Shown piece by piece: positions 11,745-24,539 of a stretch of DNA of 64,000 nt. Each line of letters begins with the position of its first letter. Positions within the stretch are counted from its first letter, which is position 1. The DNA is from Eledone cirrhosa. Taxonomy: Eukaryota. The translations under genes were made by a program, and so were the position numbers. The DNA is taken from positions 188,170,001-188,234,000 of the forward strand of contig OZ024743.1 in the NCBI GenBank assembly GCA_964016885.1, given 5' to 3'. A model generated the notes under the pieces. The model did no database searches, was not told where the DNA came from, and saw only the letters and a list, made by a program, of their open reading frames with translations.

Positions 11745-14700
11745 TCGTCTACAGCGTGATGGTGTCACGCTAAAATCACCGGGGCTGATGAAATCACTGG
11801 GGTTGATGAAATCACCGGTGCTTATGTAACCATACATTCACCAATCTTAATATGAGTGTTTAAATGTCGAACCTAAACAGTTCGAATAACGGTGAAGAGG
11901 AGACTGGAACGGCATGTGACAGACTGTCACCCAGCAAGTGCTCCCTGGCCCAGCAGCAGGGACCTGGCTGTCATCCAAATACTGCTGGTGTTGGAGGAAG
12001 AAGAAAAAGGAAAGGGACAAGAACCAACTGGACGAAAGAATTGAATAGAACTGTCATGGAATGTTACCTGAAGAGTAACCCCATGGGAAAAGGCTATAGG
12101 AAACGGATGCATAACATCTGGAACGAGATTGGTCTATTTAAATTAGATGAACAAAAATTGGCTGAGCAGGCTCGGGTAATAGGAACTAATGGATGGTTAA
12201 ACGAGTTGGAACTGGAGGAACTGAGCAGAAAGATTAGGTTGGAAATGGAGAGTGGAGTATGCCAGGCAAATGAGCCAGTTGTAAATGAAGGTGAAGAGGT
12301 TGAGAGAACGGAGGAAGCATTCGAAGCAGACAATGATCTGAATGCTGAAATAAATAACATCTGGAACAAAGATACGGCCATTGAGGGAATGAATGCTGAC
12401 GGGCTAGGACAAGATTTGGTTGATATCCTAAACTTAGTGTTAGATGAAATGAACAATGATAGTGGGAAACCTATGAACCTAAGATTTGTAGGCAGGAAAA
12501 AGTTAAAAGAAACAACAGCTAAGGTAAACAAAGTCATCCCATACCTTGAGGCGAGGAACCTTCACCAATGCAACAATATCCTCAAAGCAACAGCAAATGC
12601 AGTGAGGAAATTACTTGGCATAAAAATGAGAGGAAACAACGAACAAGAAAGATCAGAACCTTGGTGGAAGAAACGACTGAATGGTCAAATTAAGGAAATG
12701 AGAAATGACATTGGAAAGCTTGAGTCCCTACTGAATGCGACACTACAAAACATACACACTAAAAATAGACTGAAAATAAAGTACAAAAACTAGGAGGAAA
12801 AAGCTAAATATTATCATAGAGGAACTGAAGCAACGCATTGTAGCAAAGAGTGCAAAGATTAGGCGGTATAAGGACAGTGTCAGACCGTATAGACAGAACC
12901 ACATGTTTGACAACAGCCAGAAGATGTTGTTTGGACAGCTTGAAGGGAAAGAAAGAGACAACGTCTTGATCCCTGAGGAGGAACAAACTAAGACATTCTG
13001 GAGAGGAATATGGGAGCAGGATGTTGAACATAATGATCAGGCAGTGTGGATTGAGACAGTACAAAAGGAGATTAGTGAACAAGCACACCAAAAAACTGAT
13101 TTGAGTATCACAGTTGAAACTCTTAAAGGGCAGGCCAAAAAACTAACCAACTGGAAATCACCAGGCCCAGATGGTGTGCAGGGGTATTGGATTAAAAATA
13201 TAATATCCCTCCACCCGAAACTGACAACCATGTTCAGTGACTGCTTGATGTCGGGTGAGGTACCAGAGTGGTTGACAAAAGGTACCACAATTCTGGTAAT
13301 GAAAGACAGAATCAAGAGTAATGATGTTACCAACTATAGACCTATCACATGTCTGTCCATAATGTGGAAACTGTTAACAAGAATTGTGTCTGAGGAAATC
13401 TACATCACCTCCACATAAACAACTTGTTACCGGACGAACAGAAAGGATGTCGAAAGAAGTCCAGTTACTTATTGATAAGATGGTAATGAGGAATTGCAAG
13501 AGGAGACACACTGGTCTTGCCATGGGATGGATAGATTACAAAAAGGCATTCGACATGGTACCTCATTCTTGGATAACCAAAAGCCTAGAGATTTTCAGGG
13601 TGGCAGATAACATCAGACGGTTGTTGAGCAAAAGTATGAAGTCCTGGGAGACAGAGTTAAGATCGGGTGGAGAATCCTTGGGACGCGTGAAGATCAAGAG
13701 AGGTATCTTTCAGGGAGATAGTTTGTCCCCTCTGTTGTTTGTCCTTGCCCTGATACCCCTGACCATTATACTGCAAAAAATGAGAGCATGATACAAGTTG
13801 GGAAAAGGAGAGCTTACCATCAACCACCTCCTCTTCATGGATGATCTTAAACTCTTTGGGAAGCGTGAGAAGGAGTTGGATGTACTTGTTGACACTGTCC
13901 GTATTTTCACCAATGATATATGTATGCAATTTGGTATTAATAAGTGTGATGAAGAGGGGTAAATTGAGCAGAAACAACGGAATCCTGGTACCAACAGGTG
14001 AGATGATAAAGGAAATTGACACTGAAGAAGGATACCAATATTTAGGTGTTCTGGAGGCAGATGACATCAAGAACAAAAAAATGTAGGAATTGATAAGATC
14101 TGAGTACATTAGGAGAGTAAGGAGCGTATTAAAATCATATCTAAATAGTAGGAATGTCATAAGTGCAGTGAATTCCCGAGCTGTGTCTATTATTAGGTAC
14201 AGTGCGGGAATTCTGAAATGGAATGTTGCTGAACGAAAAGAAATGGACGAGAAGACTAGGAAGCTATTGACTATCTACAACATGTTCCACAAGAGGAGTG
14301 ATGTCGATAGACTCTACTTAAAGAGATCTGTAGGTGGAAGAGGTCTTATCAGCATAGAGGACTGTGTTCAGATGGAGAAAAACAACCTGCACAAATACGT
14401 GACTGACAGTAGGGAGCCAATGCTCAAAATTATACTGAAGGAGAATACAATAGACCAGGAGATGACCAAGGAGGAAATAACAACAAGGAGGAAGAGCAAC
14501 CTTCATGAAAAATCCCTTCATAGTACCTTCTTTAGGAAAACTGAATTTAGAGATACACAGACATGGAACTGATTAAAAAGTGGAGACCTTAAAAAGGCTA
14601 CAGAAGGAATGCTAATGGCTGCGCAAGAGTAGGCCTTCAGAATGAAGCGGGTGAAACACCATATTTACAAGGAGGAGGCTAGCCCACTGTGTAGGATCTG

Positions 14701-15052
14701 TGGAGAGAGTGAGGAGACTGTGGCTCACATTGTATCCGAGTGGAAACACCTAGCCCAGACTCACTATAAAGGCTGGAGACATGATGTGATGGGCAGGGTG
14801 ATCCACTGGCACCTATGAAGTCAGAGTCGTCCCGATTGTCATAGGCACACTAGGTACTATCTGCAGCAGTTTCCAAGGATGGTTAAAGAAAATTAGTCCA
14901 GCCCCGCTCTTTATCACACTTCAAAAAGCATGCCTCCTGCGAACTGCAAGAACCCTCCGATACGCCCTGAATATCTGAGGCTGCAGGTAGCGGCTTGATA
15001 TTCATTTCAACAAACTTTCCAGTTAAATAACATCAATAACTGAGACTCAAAG
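11745..15052 (+). mobile_element. Near full-length R4/Dong retrotransposon with a disrupted ORF
   Basis: N-terminal WTKELN..MECY..GYRKRM, WKSPGPDG, NYRPITCL, IDYKKAFD, GIFQGDSLSP, FMDDLKL and CRICG. Several stops and frameshifts; (TAA)n tail. Confidence 0.93.
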
Positions 15053-15069
15053 AATAATAACAATAATAA

Positions 15070-15256
15070 TTGTTTCTACTTTTTGGCACAAGGCCAGCAA
15101 TAACCCAGTGTATTACTGGTACTTTATTTTATCGACCCTGTAAGGATGAAAGGCAAAGTCAACCTCGGCGGGATTTGAACTCAGATCGTAAAGGGCCATA
15201 ACTTTGCTGGAAAGCATGGCGTCTGACCCTCTACCGATACTGCCAATCCACCGTCC
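15070..15256 (-). mobile_element. TAA-tailed tRNA SINE
   Basis: Same family as 9391-9566. Confidence 0.9.
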
Positions 15257-15280
15257 TTTGAACAATAATAATAATAATAA

Positions 15281-15410
15281 TTAGGTGTCAGGAAGACACT
15301 CGGCATATATCTCAGAAGCAATAATGAAAGAAAATAAAAACAATAATGAAAGAAAATAAAAACAATAATGAAAGAAAATAAAAACAATAATGAAAGAAAA
15401 TAACAACAAT
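15281..15410 (+). repeat. Dong-type 3' end followed by a ~20-bp tandem repeat (AACAATAATGAAAGAAAATA)
   Basis: TAGGTGTCAGGAAGACACT.GGCATATAT recurs at ~16099. Confidence 0.6.
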
Positions 15411-15458
15411 AATAATAATAATGATAATAATAATAATAGTAATAATAATAATAATAAT

Positions 15459-15813
15459 GATTTCTTTATTGGCCACAAGGGCTGACATCAAGAAAAACAT
15501 TACAGACGGCACAGGACGGTATGATGTGGGTTTTGTGCGTGTAAAGATTTTTATTATTTATATAAGAAACGAAAAAGAAAAAAAAAGACATAGAAACATA
15601 TATATATATATAAACAATAAAAATGAAAATTGAAACAATGAAAAATTCCCCAATAGGGGTAAACCTCCGAAGGTTACTCGTGGCGAAAACCACACAAAAG
15701 ACCATGTCCACCCAGACCACCAGGGCAAGCGCCCTCTCTCAATTTTTCCATTTCTCAAACTACAGACGTATATTCAGAGCGGTCCCGATCACTCGGACCA
15801 TTCTCGCTACATT
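15459..15813 (-). mobile_element. Second Tx1 element, 3' end only
   Basis: The minus strand encodes NVARMVRVIGTALNIRL*, compared with NVARMARVNGPTLTMRL* in the 9.6-kb copy. The 3' termini are similar. Confidence 0.75.
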
Positions 15814-15821
15814 ATAATAAT

Positions 15822-16165
15822 AAAACCTGTAAGTTATTGACTTGTAATAGGATGCACCACCCGAAAGCAGATGTGGATCATCTTTACCTTCCTAGAAATT
15901 GTTTTGACTGGTACTATCAACGTATTGAGAAGAGCACTATCTCCGTGAGAATGATACCCCCCCCCCCCCCACTCCTTGTGTGGTTGTGTGTGTGTGTGTG
16001 AGTAGAGCACTATCTCTGTAAGAATGATAAGCTGTAAATTATATTCAATGTGGTGTATTAACTGGCTTACCAATGTATACAATGAATTTATTTGTCCTAG
16101 GTGTCAGGAAGACACTTGGCATATATCAGAAACAATACTGAAGGAAAAGGAAAAACAATAAAAAT
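15822..16165 (+). mobile_element. Internally deleted R4/Dong (second subfamily)
   Basis: KLLTCNRMHHPKADVDHLYLPR is joined almost directly to the terminal LTGTINVLRRAL, then a 3'UTR and TAA tail. Confidence 0.65.
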
Positions 16166-16534
16166 AATAATAATAAAGATAAGTGCCATACACGTACAAT
16201 AGTCACATTGAGATTAATCATAAAGCTTCAGGGCGTAATAAACCCAATGATACAATTCAATATTATTCAGACCCTTGTAAGTCCCTATTTCATCCAAAAT
16301 ATGATAATAACCCATTGTGCCCCATTAAATCTAAAAGTAATAATTATTATGAAGGCACTAATAATTACTCTTCTAGGATACACCATCAAAGTGCCCTTCT
16401 GAATGCGTGATGACCCTAAACTCAAGAGGTATAAAAAACAGTGAAGAGTTGGTTCAATTGACACACACACATATATATAAATAATTGTAGGTACAAAGGA
16501 ATGAAAAGGTCAATCAACACATAATGAGGAGATA

Positions 16535-17425
16535 TAAGTATATTTAAGAATTTTGTTGTTCCTACATAGTGGTGTACATATAAATATATGTATTGCATAT
16601 TGAATAATATACAGGATGTTTATGAAAAACATTTGAAGGTTTTTGCTTAGGAATTTTTAAGGTTGTGACCAACATCACACACCTTGCCTCAGTAAAAATA
16701 TGAGGAAGTAATTGACAATGAAATCATTTCTCACGTATTAGTAGTCTACATATCTAACTGCTTTTGTTGAGGCTACAGTAAGCTAGATTCTTATAGATTT
16801 CTGCTTATGTTTATGAGCTGATGAAACTCATTTGCATATGCAGTGGTAGCTGGCCAGAGCTCATAAACATAAGTAGAAATCTATAAGATTCTAGCTTACT
16901 TTAGCCTCAACAAAAGCACGGAGATATATAGTCTTGATAAATGCTAATAAGTGAGAAACAATGACATTGTCGATTACATCCCTCTGGTTTTATTGAGGCT
17001 GGATGTGTGACATTGGTCACAACCGTAAAAATTCATATGAAAAGTTTTTCAAATGTTTTTTTATAAACAACTTGTTTATTATTCAGTATACAATATGGAC
17101 ATTTATATGTATACCACTATGTAGGAGCACCAATAAAAACATTTTAATTTAAGTCTGGCCACCTACTGCTCCATATGCAAATGAGTCTCTTCAGCTCATA
17201 AACATAAGCAGAAATCTATAAGATTCTAGCTTACTTTAGCTTCAATGAAAGCAGGGAGATTTGTAGTCTTAATAAATGCTAATAAGTGAGAGATGATGAC
17301 ATTGTTGATTACTTCCTCCAGCTTTTGCTGAAGCTGGGTGTGTGACGTTAGTCACAACCTTAATAATTCATAGAGAAATGCCTTCAAATGTTTTTCCTAA
17401 ACATCCAGTATATTATTCAATATAC
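16535..17425. repeat. ~335-bp unit in one forward and two inverted tandem copies (Penelope pLTR-like arrangement)
   Basis: 16554-16819 is the reverse complement of 16858-17132, and the unit repeats at 17154-17425. Confidence 0.85.
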
Positions 17426-19795
17426 ATCATCATCATCATCTTCGTTTAACGTCCATCTTCCACGCTAGCATGGGTTAGACGGAAGTTGTCCAACTTGAGG
17501 CAAGGCTGGTCGGGTGACCATGTCTCGCTCATATAGGACTATCTGGCAGGTTTTCTATGGCTGGATGCCCTTCCTAACACCAACCACATTTACAGTGTGG
17601 AACTGGGAACTTTTTACCGTGTCTCCTACACGACCACATTACGGCGTGGAATGTGTGTTTTTTTTTGTCGTGACACCTACACGATCTCATCTCGATCTCA
17701 TTATCTCATTTATTTGGACTCGATGTTGTGGTACCAACTTTACAGAGAGAGGGTGGTGTTAGTGGGAGTGGGAGGATAGGATAGGGGTAGTGGATTGGGG
17801 TGTATATTTGGTTAAGAGGTGCCTACTGACATTAGGTTTCACTTTGTACATAGGCAAGGCAGGTCTTCTGTGTTATCGTGAAACACCAAAGATCTCGGTC
17901 CAGTGACATTGTCTTAGAGAGGTGCAAGTGTGTAAGGTCAGAATTTATCAAATTGTCACAGTTTTTCTGTAACTACCATCAATTTTGATCGCCCTGCACT
18001 TTTTCATACAGCTGTCGTCTTTCATGCGCATCACGTGACCATACCAACGTAGTCTTCTATTAAGTAAACAGCATCTGATCCCTCTTATTCCTAATTTCTC
18101 ACTTAGTTCACTTATGCTTTGCCATTCACATATATTACTATTACACATCCAACGGAGCATGCATGCTTCGTTCCTTTCCAGTCTGCGCAGGTCCTCTGCA
18201 CACATTTCCCATGTAGCATTGTTGTTCGAATACAGGCATCATACAATTGGCCTTTCATTTTTAGAGAGAAACCTTTTGTGGCCAACAGTGGTATAAGCTC
18301 TCTGAACTTTTTCCATCCCGTTCTGACGCTGGCTACTGTACTTTAAGAGCACCCTCCACTACTGCTGATTTTGTCACCCAGGTAACGGAAAGTGTCCACT
18401 ATTTCTATAGAACAATCTGGGCAATAGAAGGAGCTAGTATCCTGTGGACACTTGTTATTTATTGCACCTGAGCATCGGCCACATATAAAATCTACGTTCT
18501 TAGATAGTTTACCTGTGATCCCACTACATCTTTTATGTACCCATAGTTTGCATTTGGGACATAAAATGAAATTTCTGCCTACTCCTTTCCTACACACTGA
18601 GCATGGCCATTTCCATGAGGGCATCTGTACCCTATTTTCCTTTCTACAAACTAGAACTTTAGTCTTAGACAAGTTAATTTTAAGGCCTTTTGAATCTAGG
18701 CTTTTCTTCCATGTTTGGAATTTCTTCTCTAGTTGAGCCATAGATTCAGCTATGAGAGTTAATTCATCTGCATATAGGAGTTCCCAGGGGCAGCCGGTCT
18801 TAAACTCCTCTGTTATAGCCTGAAGGGCAATAATAAATAGGAGGGGGCAAAGGAAAGAGCCTTGATGAACACCTACTTTTACACTAAATTCTTCACAATA
18901 TTCATTGTTAATTCTAACCTTACTAACTGTTTCTTTATACATAGCTTATATAGCTCTCACAAGCCATTCATCTACACCTAGTTTCTAAGAGCCCACCAGA
19001 TAATGGAGTGGGGGACTCTGTCAAAGGTTTTCTCCAGGTTTACAAAAGCTAAGTAGAGTGGTTTACTTTTAGCTAGGTACTTCTCCTGTAGTTGTCGTAC
19101 AAGGAAAAGAGCATCTGTGGTACTTTTACCTGACACAAACTGCATTTCATCTAAATCATTTCACTCTCTGATTAGTTGTGCTATAACTCTTTTCGTGACC
19201 TTCATGACCTGGTCAACTAACTTAATGCCTCTATAGTTTCCCCCTATCTAGAGCATCCCCTTTACCCTTGTAGCAGTTAATGTTGATGCTGCTACGCCAG
19301 TCTTTTGATATGATCCCATTCTGTATTACTTGGTTAACTATATGGGTGACCATAGTATTTCCCACCATTCCAGATGTCTTCAACATCTCAGCAACTATCT
19401 CCGAAGGCCCAGCTGCCTTGTCTGTCTTCATATCTTTGATTGCCTTACTTATTATACTAACTTTAACTTGCACCGCTGTTCCTTCTATTGGATCTATTTG
19501 GGGCAGACTATCTTTTTCCCATTTATTCTCCTCATTTAATAGTCTCTCGTAGTGACACTTCCAAGCTATCTTCTTATCAGTATCAGTGAGGGCAAGTACA
19601 CCATTATCATTACAGACACACTTCTCCCCAACAATATCATGGTTTTCCTTGACACATTGTCTAGTAATCCTGAACACCTCACGTTTTTGGTCCTCACGTT
19701 GTAGAACATGCTTGAACTTTCTATCCGCTGCTTCCCTTTTTGCAAGGTACACTTGTCTCCTAGCTTCTCTCCTAGCCACTTGATAGTGTTCTCTA
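17425..19795 (-). mobile_element. RTE LINE with PHD-finger insert, 5'-truncated and disrupted
   Basis: KAAGPSEIVAEMLK, GVHQGS..LLYADEL, CSVCRKGVG..CPKC..VHKRC..CGRC and RRLRWYGHV. (CAT)n tail at 17425. Confidence 0.93.
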
Positions 19796-20399
19796 CTATA
19801 CATACTATACATACTATACATATTATACATACATTTATAAATATATTTATTAGCAATCTCATTTATACATGCACTATAATTGGTTCCATTAGAAGTGTGC
19901 TTTTATTCATAATGAAATCAATGGTAATGCACAACTAAGTCAAACTTTTAATATATATACTTTTCAATTGTGTCAAAGGCAGGACAACTTCCCTAATATT
20001 AATAGCACAATAAAATGCATTCAGTAGAGCCTGGGATTATGTCAGGCCCCTAACCTATCTGGAGGTCAGATGTTCTGCTTGACTACTGGCTAGTATGGTC
20101 TATGGTGATACATCCAATGCTTGCTAACAGGGAAAACAAATGTTAAACAATGATGATGATTCATGTGTGTGCGTTAAAGTAACTCAATAATGATTCCTTT
20201 TATTGCAATATTCATTACAAAATGTAATGTTGGGTTTTCATCATGCCATATAGGAAATTGGGAGGAAAGAAATCAATGTTATTTTAAAACGATGTTGGCT
20301 GGGAAATATGTTGTTATGTAGATACTTGAAAATATATATAAGATTAGAACATAAACCAATCGAGATAGTACTATTTGTTTTGAGTCGTGGGCGGCAAGT

Positions 20400-20785
20400 T
20401 TCAGTGATGATAATGATAGCAATGTTGAGGATTATGATGGTGACTGTGGTGGTGAAAATAAGGATTATGGCTACATTGACTATGACGACAATGGTTAGAA
20501 TGTTAAAACAATGATGATGGAGAGTGATGATGTTAGTGATGGTTCGAAAGGAGAAGGAGATGAAGCAGTTCATAATGCTGCTGTTGTAGTTGTTTTGTTG
20601 TTAATGATTATGATGATGACGATGATGATGATGATAAAGACTATGATGATGATGATGCTATGGATGATGAGACGTAGGATCATGATATTGCTTCTGCTGC
20701 TGTTTTTTATGATGATGATGATGATGATGTTGATAATAATGACCATAAACAATCTCAGGCTGTCACTGCTGCTGCTGATGATGTA
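20400..20785. repeat. Degenerate (ATG)n/(GTT)n trinucleotide array
   Basis: Directly visible. Confidence 0.85.
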
Positions 20786-21573
20786 ATTCTCAAACATCTT
20801 TCATTGATTAATACCGGAGTAATGTTCCAAATGCCAACAGCATTTTGTCTTTTTCCATCAACTTTATTTAGTTTTTTCTGTATCTTTTCTATTATATATA
20901 TATATTTAACAAAGCATTTTTAGCAGTCTTAGAATAATCTATTTGCTTCTCTCTTAATAATTATTATTTGTATTACTATTGCCACTATCAGTGAGTAGCA
21001 ACCTCCAAAGAGAGTTTTGTAAGAATATGTCAGATTGAACAGTGTTACAACAATGATTTCTTTTTCTGGTGGTGGAGGTAGTTGGGGGAGGGAAATCAAT
21101 GAGATAAGACAGAAAAATATCCCTGCCATAAAAATCGGTCTATTAATAACTACACATGATCTATCCCACATTTCCTCTCTATTTCTTTGTTTCTCCTTTT
21201 CTCTCTCCCTCTTTTTTCCCGCTTCCCCAATAATGATTTACTTTTGCTTTAAAACCAAAACAAATTCCAAATAACATCAGCAAAAAGAATGATTAGAGAT
21301 TGTATTTTTTTCTATGTTAATCAGAATTCATTAATTATAATGAATAATGATTTCTAGCATAAGCACAATGCCATAAGGATTTGCAACAAGGTCACAGTTT
21401 ATTAAATCAACAACATTACTTAACTGGTAATTATTTTTATTGTGAGTTCAAATTCCACCATCCTCTAAAATCCTGATATAAAGGAACATAATTAAATAGT
21501 GCATGGCATATTGTCCAGTCTTTTACTAATCCTACCTTTCACTGTCCTCTTATCTGTAATGATAATATCATTT

Positions 21574-22110
21574 TAGGGGGGCTGTGTAATTGATTTAAAA
21601 TACAAAGATTGTATTTGGGCTTTCTATCCTCAACCCTAACACTCTGTTTGGCAGATCAGTAAGGTCTAGGAATTTTGGTTATCTGACTTGGCCTGAATTT
21701 CTTCTGCCTAGCCTATTCCATGCTCAGGATTGTTTGGATTCCTGAGAGGCCAAAGCAAGCCAAAATCAACAAGATTCCTAGCCTGACTGTCCTCTTTGAA
21801 AGGTATATTGGGAAGAAGATAAAGTCCTCTCTTTGATGGGGGCTTCTATATAGGCAAACTGCCTTGCTCTTATGTGGTACACATCCAATCATATAACTTT
21901 CAGAGCCTTCTCTACAGAGCATTTGATGCTGTTTCCAGGTTTCAGCTCTGAGCCCACGCAGAGTAGTATGAATCGTTTTTTGCCATTAGCTCATGTCATA
22001 CCCTTACTACAACTTTTCTTCTGTCTATCTTGACAATTTCCTTTGCTTGGGGTAATTTGGCGTCTTTGTTGGCAAGCGATAGAGGATATAATTCCTTCTG
22101 ATCACTTGCC
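21574..22110 (-). mobile_element. Possible highly decayed Tc1/mariner-like relic
   Basis: TA-flanked terminus-like GGGGGCTGTGTAATTGATT and only weak transposase-like traces. Confidence 0.25.
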
Positions 22111-22571
22111 AAAAATGTTTTTTGTTGTTGATGCTTCTATTAGTGGTGATGCTCTTGTCATTAGTGTCGTTGACTCTATTGGCGGCAATGTTGTTGTTAT
22201 TGTTTTTAGTTATACTTTTTGTTGTTGTAGAAGTAGTAGTGATATCAGTGATATTGTTTTTTACTGGTATTCATTGATTATGCATCTTTTTGTGTTCACA
22301 AATAAAACGTTTCCTTAAGGTCTTTTTTGTTTTTGCTAGTGTTAGTTTTTTTGTTGTTTTGGCAGTGGTAATGGTGGGGGTGGAAGTGGTGACAATAGCT
22401 GTTATTGATGTAATATGCTGCTACTGAGAGAGAAAGAGAAGGGAAATGTGATGACAACTTTCCCCCCTCTACTCCAGCACCACCACCACTACCAAATTAA
22501 CAACAAAACTATCATTAGCAAAACCGAAAAACACCAAATGAAAACTTTTATCAACATTATTATAATGTTTA

Positions 22572-22765
22572 GGGCGGTGAATTAGCAGTATCGGTAGAGG
22601 GTTGGACACCATGTTTGACGCATAGAGTTACGGCCCTTGCTATTCTGAGTTTAAATCCCGCCGAGGTTAAATTTGCCTTTCATCCTTACAGGGTCGATAA
22701 AATAAAGTACCAGTAATGCACTGGATAATTGCTGGCCTTGTGCCAAAAGTAGAAACAATTATTAT
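22572..22765 (+). mobile_element. TAA-tailed tRNA SINE
   Basis: GGCGGTGAATTAGCAGTATCGG...GAGTTTAAATCCCGCCGAGG...GGCCTTGTGCCAAAAGTAGAAACAATTATT. Confidence 0.9.
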
Positions 22766-22852
22766 AATGTTTTCTGTCCTGTGCGGTCCTTAATGTATTT
22801 TTTTGTAAACCATTTGTTGTCAATAAAGAAAATATTATTGTTATTATTTTTA

Positions 22853-23712
22853 TTCTTGGAGTCTCAGTCATTGATATTATTTAACTGGAAATGTTCAAAT
22901 GAACATCAAGTGGCTACCTGCAGCCTCAGATATTCAGGACTTTTTGGAGGTTTCCTGCTGTTCCCAGGAGCAGGCTACATCTACAATCAGGCACAATCTT
23001 TTTTCCTTCTCAAAACCACCAGGTTAGGCTTATAACATTCTAATTTCTTGTCTGCCTGTATCCTGAAATATCATAGCTCCTTCACTCAATCGTTTTCTAC
23101 CACTGACTCTGGCTTATGCTCATACCACTTCTCAGATTCTGGTAAATTATTTAGTTTGCACAAATGCCAGTGAATCACTTTTCCTATTATATCATGCCTA
23201 CATCCTTTATAGTGAGTCTGGGCTAGATGTTTATACTCGGATACAATGTGAGCTACAGTTTCCTCTCTCTCTCCACAGATCCTACAGAGTGGGCTAGCCT
23301 CTGCCTTGTCAATATGGTGTTTCACCCACTTCGTTCTGAGGACTTGCTCTTGTGCAGCCAGTAGCATTCCCCTTGTAGATTTTTTAAGGTTTCCTCTTTT
23401 TAACTAACTCTGAATTTCATTTTCTTAAAAAAGATGTTATGAAGGTTGCTCTTCCTCTTTGTTGTTACTTCCTTTTTGGACATCTCCTGGTCTCTTGTCT
23501 TCTCCTTCAGTACAACTTTGAGCATTGCTCCCTAATCTCAGACACATTATTTTGTAGACTGCGTTTCTCCATCTGATCACAGTCCTCTATACGATGTGAG
23601 CCACAGTTTCCTCTCTCCACTGATCCTACAGAGTGGGCTAGCCACTCCCTTGTCAATATGGTGTTTTACCCACTTTGTTCTGAGGACTTGCTCCTGTGCA
23701 GACAGTAGCATG
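22853..23712 (-). mobile_element. R4/Dong 3' portion with an internal deletion and a duplicated knuckle segment
   Basis: LLAAQEQVLRTKWVKHHIDK..CRICGEREETVAHIVSE. Segment 23250-23367 recurs at 23597-23710. The 3'UTR matches 14970-15052. Confidence 0.85.
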
Positions 23713-24500
23713 ATGGAAAATGTTCCGGAGTATTTAGTCATCTGTCAAGTCACAACAAGGACCTCAGACAGATAATATTTTCCTTAAAATGTGTGCCTAA
23801 CAAGGCTGATTTTTGTATGACAATAATCTTACATCGTATTCCCAACTTTTTCGAAAAATGTCTTGGAGTTTCAATGATTATGTATGACCCAGATGAAACG
23901 AATAAGTGTTGGTTATGTGGGAAGAAAGGGGAAAGTGTGACATACATTGTAAGTGCATTTCACATGCTTATGCTGAGGGAATATAAAAGGTGTCATGATA
24001 AAATGTACCTACAGCTCCACTAGTCTTTATGAATATGAATATGCAACCATTTAGAAATGGTATCAACACAAACCAGAGAATGTCCATAAAAAATAATACT
24101 GTGAAACACTTGTAAGACTTTAAAATCTAGAGGGGTAGAGTTCTTGAAAATACAAGGGGAGATATAACTTAAGTGGAAAAAGGTAGAGATGTTTGTTGAT
24201 CGGTGTAACTTGCCCATGAGAAATTTACATCAATGATAAAGAAAATGACAACATCGTAAATTATGCAGAGTTTAGAATAGTTGTTGAGAGAATGTGGAAT
24301 ATGAAAGCAAAAGTGCTACCAATTGTGACTGGTTGGTGATAAAACTCATTCAGAAACCTCATGATTCAATTAGAATAAGTCCTAGCATTACGACATTGCA
24401 AAAGACAACAAATATCTGCAAAAAGTACTATTTATCTAAGGTTACATAAATTGATAGAGAATCAATTAAGTCATCCAGTGTTAATCACTGTAAAATTAAG
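23712..24500 (+). mobile_element. Older R4/Dong-like knuckle/endonuclease relics (plus an inverted 3' piece)
   Basis: CWLCGKKGESVTYIVS..EYKRCHD on the plus strand; IQKSALLGT on the minus strand. Confidence 0.65.
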
Positions 24501-24539
24501 GAATAATAATAATAACAAAATGGCTGTAAAAATTAATTA

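Noticed and set aside
16815-16860. CTGATGA as a complete hammerhead
   Set aside because: No downstream GAAA or stem III/UH element in any of the three copies.
20991-21037. Phase-1 peptide VSSNLQREFCKNMSD* after a CAG
   Set aside because: Mediocre acceptor and no motif or other support; indistinguishable from chance.
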